DNA of 64,000 nucleotides from a virus: IMG/VR virus record IMGVR_UViG_3300034073_002585, positions 64,001 to 128,000 of that record; one strand, 5' to 3'. Shown piece by piece: positions 63,959 to 64,000 of this stretch (position 1 is its first letter; each line of letters starts with the position of its first letter). The notes under the pieces were generated by a model. It saw only the letters and a program-made list of their open reading frames with translations, ran no database searches and was not told where the DNA came from. The position numbers and the translations under genes were made by a program.

Positions 63959-64000
63959 TAGCTTACAAATAAAGGTGTTTTGGTAAGCTTCGGTTGCAGC

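Overview
A 64-kb segment of a tailed dsDNA phage (siphovirus-type, long non-contractile tail) whose host is most likely an actinobacterium, judged from WhiB, ClgR-like and MSMEG_6728-like genes and leaderless genes. Layout: (1) 1-8.57 kb is an array of self-contained mini-cassettes built as intrinsic terminator, invariant 16-bp box TGTATTTATTTTTTGT (13 copies), sigmaA-type promoter, G-rich SD and 1-3 small ORFs. Several cassette 3' ends carry hairpins with C6 loops (6C-RNA-like), and the region has a strong + strand excess of YGCCGW. (2) About 0.7 kb of non-coding spacer. (3) 9.2-15.5 kb holds regulators, NlpC/P60, catalase-peroxidase KatG, heme oxygenase, a candidate ncRNA and tRNA-Asn. (4) 15.5-49.3 kb is the virion module: terminase, portal, Dps, a 951-aa protein with a predicted -1 frameshift (CCCAAAA) into a zincin + ADP-ribosyltransferase-like extension, a 1.5-kaa protease-containing polyprotein, two capsid proteins, tail genes with the chaperone frameshift, tape measure and tail fibre. 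(5) 49.8-59.3 kb covers replication/recombination (PolA, RuvC-like, SNF2 helicase, Cas4-like nuclease, AAA ATPase, SSB) and WhiB. (6) 59.3-64 kb is a minus-strand glycosyl-/methyl-/sulfo-transfer module. All calls come from reading the sequence and ORF translations by eye; no database searches were run.
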